A stretch of 63,711 nt of DNA, counting the filler, from Bigelowiella natans CCMP2755 (lineage: Eukaryota; Protista; Cercozoa): the NCBI GenBank assembly GCA_000320545.1. It is 7 parts of 7 records of this genome, joined end to end, with 100 filler letters (N's around TTAATTAATTAA, not from the genome) between each part and the next. Parts side by side here need not be neighbours in the genome. Positions count along the whole stretch, not along the records: positions 59,780 to 61,594 come from ADNK01002020.1; positions 61,695 to 63,711 come from ADNK01002561.1; 5 more parts are not named here. One strand, given 5' to 3'. Shown here in pieces: positions 60,616 through 63,711 of this stretch. Numbering within the stretch: position 1 is the stretch's first letter; each line of letters opens with the position of its first letter. The position numbers and the translations under genes are program-made. The notes beneath the pieces are model-generated. The model was not told the DNA's origin. It saw only the letters and a program-made list of their open reading frames with translations, and made no database searches.

Positions 60616-61540
60616 ATGCCCGTCTCGCCCCCCTCCCTGCTTTTTTGGGGCCTTCTCCTGCACACCACCCTAGGTGTCGGGGTTCAGGCTTTGGGTCCGG
60701 CAGGAAATAAGATCTGCGGGAAGTATGCCGTGGTAAAACGATAAGCTTTTTTTGGGGGGGGGGGTATGAGAGAGAGGGAAGGGGGGGGGGGGAGAACGGT
60801 TAAACATTTAATAAAAGACCTGTGTTAAGGAAGGAAGCTCTGACCCCTTTACTGAGGAACACACTGAAATTCCCTCCGATTGCCAGCCTCTTTAAAAAAG
60901 ATATTATGGCTTCGAGAGCCAGGCCTTGCGGCTTTGAATCCTCAGTTATCCTCCCCCCTGTGCAGAATGGACCGTTTGCTCGGAGAAGCCTTCCAAGGGG
61001 CGGGAGGAGAGGGAGGAGGAGTGCCCAGCTTTTGAGTCTCAGACGACGGTAGCGAGGCCATTAATGCGGCGTTATCCTTTTCGCATATAAATATGCTTTT
61101 AACTTGGCATGTGACAATCAAAAGCATATGAGTAAGGGCTGCTAGTTTGAACAAGCGCTACTAATAATTCAGGGCAGCGACGGAGCAGAGCGACGAACCA
61201 GCAGAAGGTGATATAGTGCCGCCTCCCTCCCCAAAGATAGTAGAAGCTCAGAATAATTCCTCTCCCACAGACGCGTCGTCAATCGGGGAGGAGAGAAACC
61301 CCCGCACCATTGGCCTTACTCCGAGGGGATTTAACCTATATGAGGTCGTATCATTCATTTGCAGCAACCAACCCGCATATATTCTCGTGGCAAAGAAGAA
61401 ATTATACGCAATCAGAGAGTGGTTGTAGCCTCATTGAGACCCTCTCTGCTCTCCCTCCACCCCCCCCCTCGATTTGCTCGTTTGCAGGCTTTATCTGATG
61501 AGAAGATGGACGGATATTCGTGGACTCGGATCAGTGCAGG
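60616..61540 (+). CDS. 5' exons of a protein with a bipartite (signal + transit-like) leader
   Basis: MPVSPPSLLFWGLLLHTTLGVG...|Arg-rich segment (FARRSLPRGGRRGRRSAQLLSLRR)|acidic mature region; four exons splice in frame. Confidence 0.6.
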
Positions 61541-61594
61541 TAGTTCATCGTGAAATACTTTTTTTAGGGAGCGGGGGGGGGGGGGGGGGGGGGG

Positions 61595-61694
61595 NNNNNN
61601 NNNNNNNNNNNNNNNNNNNNNNNNNNNNNNNNNNNNNNTTAATTAATTAANNNNNNNNNNNNNNNNNNNNNNNNNNNNNNNNNNNNNNNNNNNN
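61595..61694. other. Artificial contig spacer
   Basis: 100-nt N run with TTAATTAATTAA. Confidence 0.97.
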
Positions 61695-62098
61695 TGCCTA
61701 TCCTTCTACTCTTCCCCTCACACAGTGTGACAAAAAAAATTGTCCCTCCCCCCCCCCACTATTTGTCGAGTAGATATGTTTTTGATATGTGGCGAGGGAG
61801 AAGTAAAAGAGCGGGCAATTGCGTGACTGGTTTCAGCCCCCCCGTAGAGGGGATCCTCCCTTTATAGGCGACCAAACACTAGCACCATTTTCGCTTGTAA
61901 TCACGCCTCCTGCTTTCACGATTATTGACATAACGTCGCAAAATACACAGAAGGATATTGCGAGATGAAGAGCCCCTGCCCCTCTTCCCCCCCTTCCTCC
62001 CCCACCTCCTCCTCCTCCTCGTCGCTCGTGGCCAATCGTGAAGGAATGGTAAACAACTGTTGTAGTAGCCCTTTCCGCCCTCGTCATTGTCCACGACA

Positions 62099-62250
62099 GC
62101 AGTGCTATACTTACCTCGGTCCATTCAAACGTGGTGTGAAGCATGGATATGGTGTCCTACGAGGCCCCAACGAATCCAAGTACTGCGGAGAATATCGCAA
62201 TGACGTCGAGGAGGGCTTGGCGGTCGGTTCAAACGCTGCTGTTTGAGAGA

Positions 62251-62298
<48 letters not shown>

Positions 62299-63152
62299 CG
62301 TCTTCGGTTATAACCAACTTGACCGTCGTTGGTCTAGCCGGGTGCGGAGGATTCCCCTTGCCGGTGGAAAAGATGAGTATCATTAGTTCCATAAAGCTGT
62401 AGGCCCCTGCTGGGAGACACCCCATTGCGCACTCGTGAATGTCAAAAACAAACACCATACAACTCCCCCCCCCCCCCCCCCCTTTCGACGACACAGATTT
62501 GCACGATTCCGCACGCCAAGGAGCAGTATTCGGGGCAGTTTAATGACGGAGCTCGTAGCGGATACGGAAGGCTACACCAAGATACCTCAGCCTACTTCGC
62601 TGCTAATGCTAAACAGCTACTGTCTTTATCATCATCATCATCATCTTCTTCTTCTTCTTCCTCCTCTTTGCCTTCCTCGTCCACCGACGGCTCAATCCAT
62701 GAAGGAGAGTTCCGCGAAGGGCTGCCGGAGGGCCACGGCGTTGAATACAGGTGTATTTGCAAGTAGTAGTGTTAGTAGCAGCAGCGGCAGCAGCAGCAGC
62801 ACAAGTAGCAATGCTAGCATTCGCTGCCGTCAAGGCGAGGAGATAACACTCATAGCTAGCTTCCCTACAAGTTGACCATCGAATGCCAATGCTAAGCTAA
62901 TGACCTAGGTGTTGTGATGATCATAACAACAACAACAACAACGACTACTACAACAACAGAGAGTGCGACCCTTCCCAGAGGTATGACGGCGAGTTCTCAA
63001 ACGGCCTTCCTCATGGAAATGGTGTTCTTCGGACGAAGCTAGTCGTCTCGACGGCTGACTTGATGGCGGTTGGCATAAACCGTGGTGACTGCATCATTGA
63101 CGATAGTATCAGCTACGACTACACTTACGTGGGTCAATTCAGGTGAGAGAGG

Positions 63153-63183
<31 letters not shown>

Positions 63184-63428
63184 GGGAGCTACGTCTTGTT
63201 TTGCTTCTGCAACTAAGTCTATACTCTGCTTTGGCTAATGATGATGATGGTGGTGATGACGACGACGATGATGATGATGATGATGATGATGATGATACTT
63301 GCCGCACACGCAGCAATGGCGCACCGTCTGGCCTTGGTTGTATCTTTTCTGGAGGAGGCTTTAGGAGTGAGCGGGGGCAGATATTCAAAGATCCGGTTGG
63401 TTCGTCGTTGCGTGGCGGTGTGCCCTGA
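62099..63428 (+). CDS. MORN-repeat protein (internal/3' exons)
   Basis: YLGPFKRGVKHGYG, YCGEYRNDVEEG, YSGQFNDGARSGYG, HEGEFREGLPEGHG, YDGEFSNGLPHGNG. Confidence 0.85.
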
Positions 63429-63540
63429 GGCCTCTATATAGAGACCCAACCGTCTTCGTGCACAGCCCCACATTCACGCATGGCAAATTTTTTTGAGCAA
63501 TGTAGTTTTGTTGTTGTTGTTTTAAAAGAACATTATGAGC

Positions 63541-63576
<36 letters not shown>

Positions 63577-63711
63577 GTGGGGGGGGGTGGGGGGGGTAGG
63601 CTGTATAAAAGCACAAAGAGAATCAAATAGACCAAGCTTCTTGGATACTATTTGACTGATGATTTTGTGTCAACTATTGATTGCCCCACCCCCCCCCCCC
63701 TTCCCCCGCTG

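Overview
Eukaryotic nuclear DNA made of seven contigs joined by artificial 100-nt N spacers, each carrying TTAATTAATTAA. It is gene-dense and intron-rich (GT-AG introns, many filled with microsatellites), so most ORF-track entries are exon fragments or noise. Manual splicing gives about 24 genes or gene fragments. Recognisable ones: PRPP synthetase, Nup133, BCKDH E1-alpha, an NBR1-like autophagy receptor, a myristoylated pseudokinase, a saccharopine-dehydrogenase-like protein, a TauD dioxygenase, CtIP/Sae2, Rab23, phytyl-ester synthase, a GT61-like protein, a peroxisomal SDR, a PTP-like phosphatase, DDX5/DBP2, a CDPK-like protein and a MORN protein. Signal-peptide-plus-transit-like leaders suggest an alga with a secondary plastid, possibly a chlorarachniophyte (inference). 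Highlights: (1) a ~27-exon, mitochondrial-leader gene fusing a bacterial YccU-type CoA-binding domain to O-acetylhomoserine sulfhydrylase; (2) strict +/- alternation of neighbouring genes, with every tail-to-tail gap filled by palindrome-rich (GCTAGC/GCATGC/CACGTG) DNA; (3) a structured, microsatellite-free intron in DDX5; (4) a foldback/MITE-like element. All identifications come from motif recognition without database searches.
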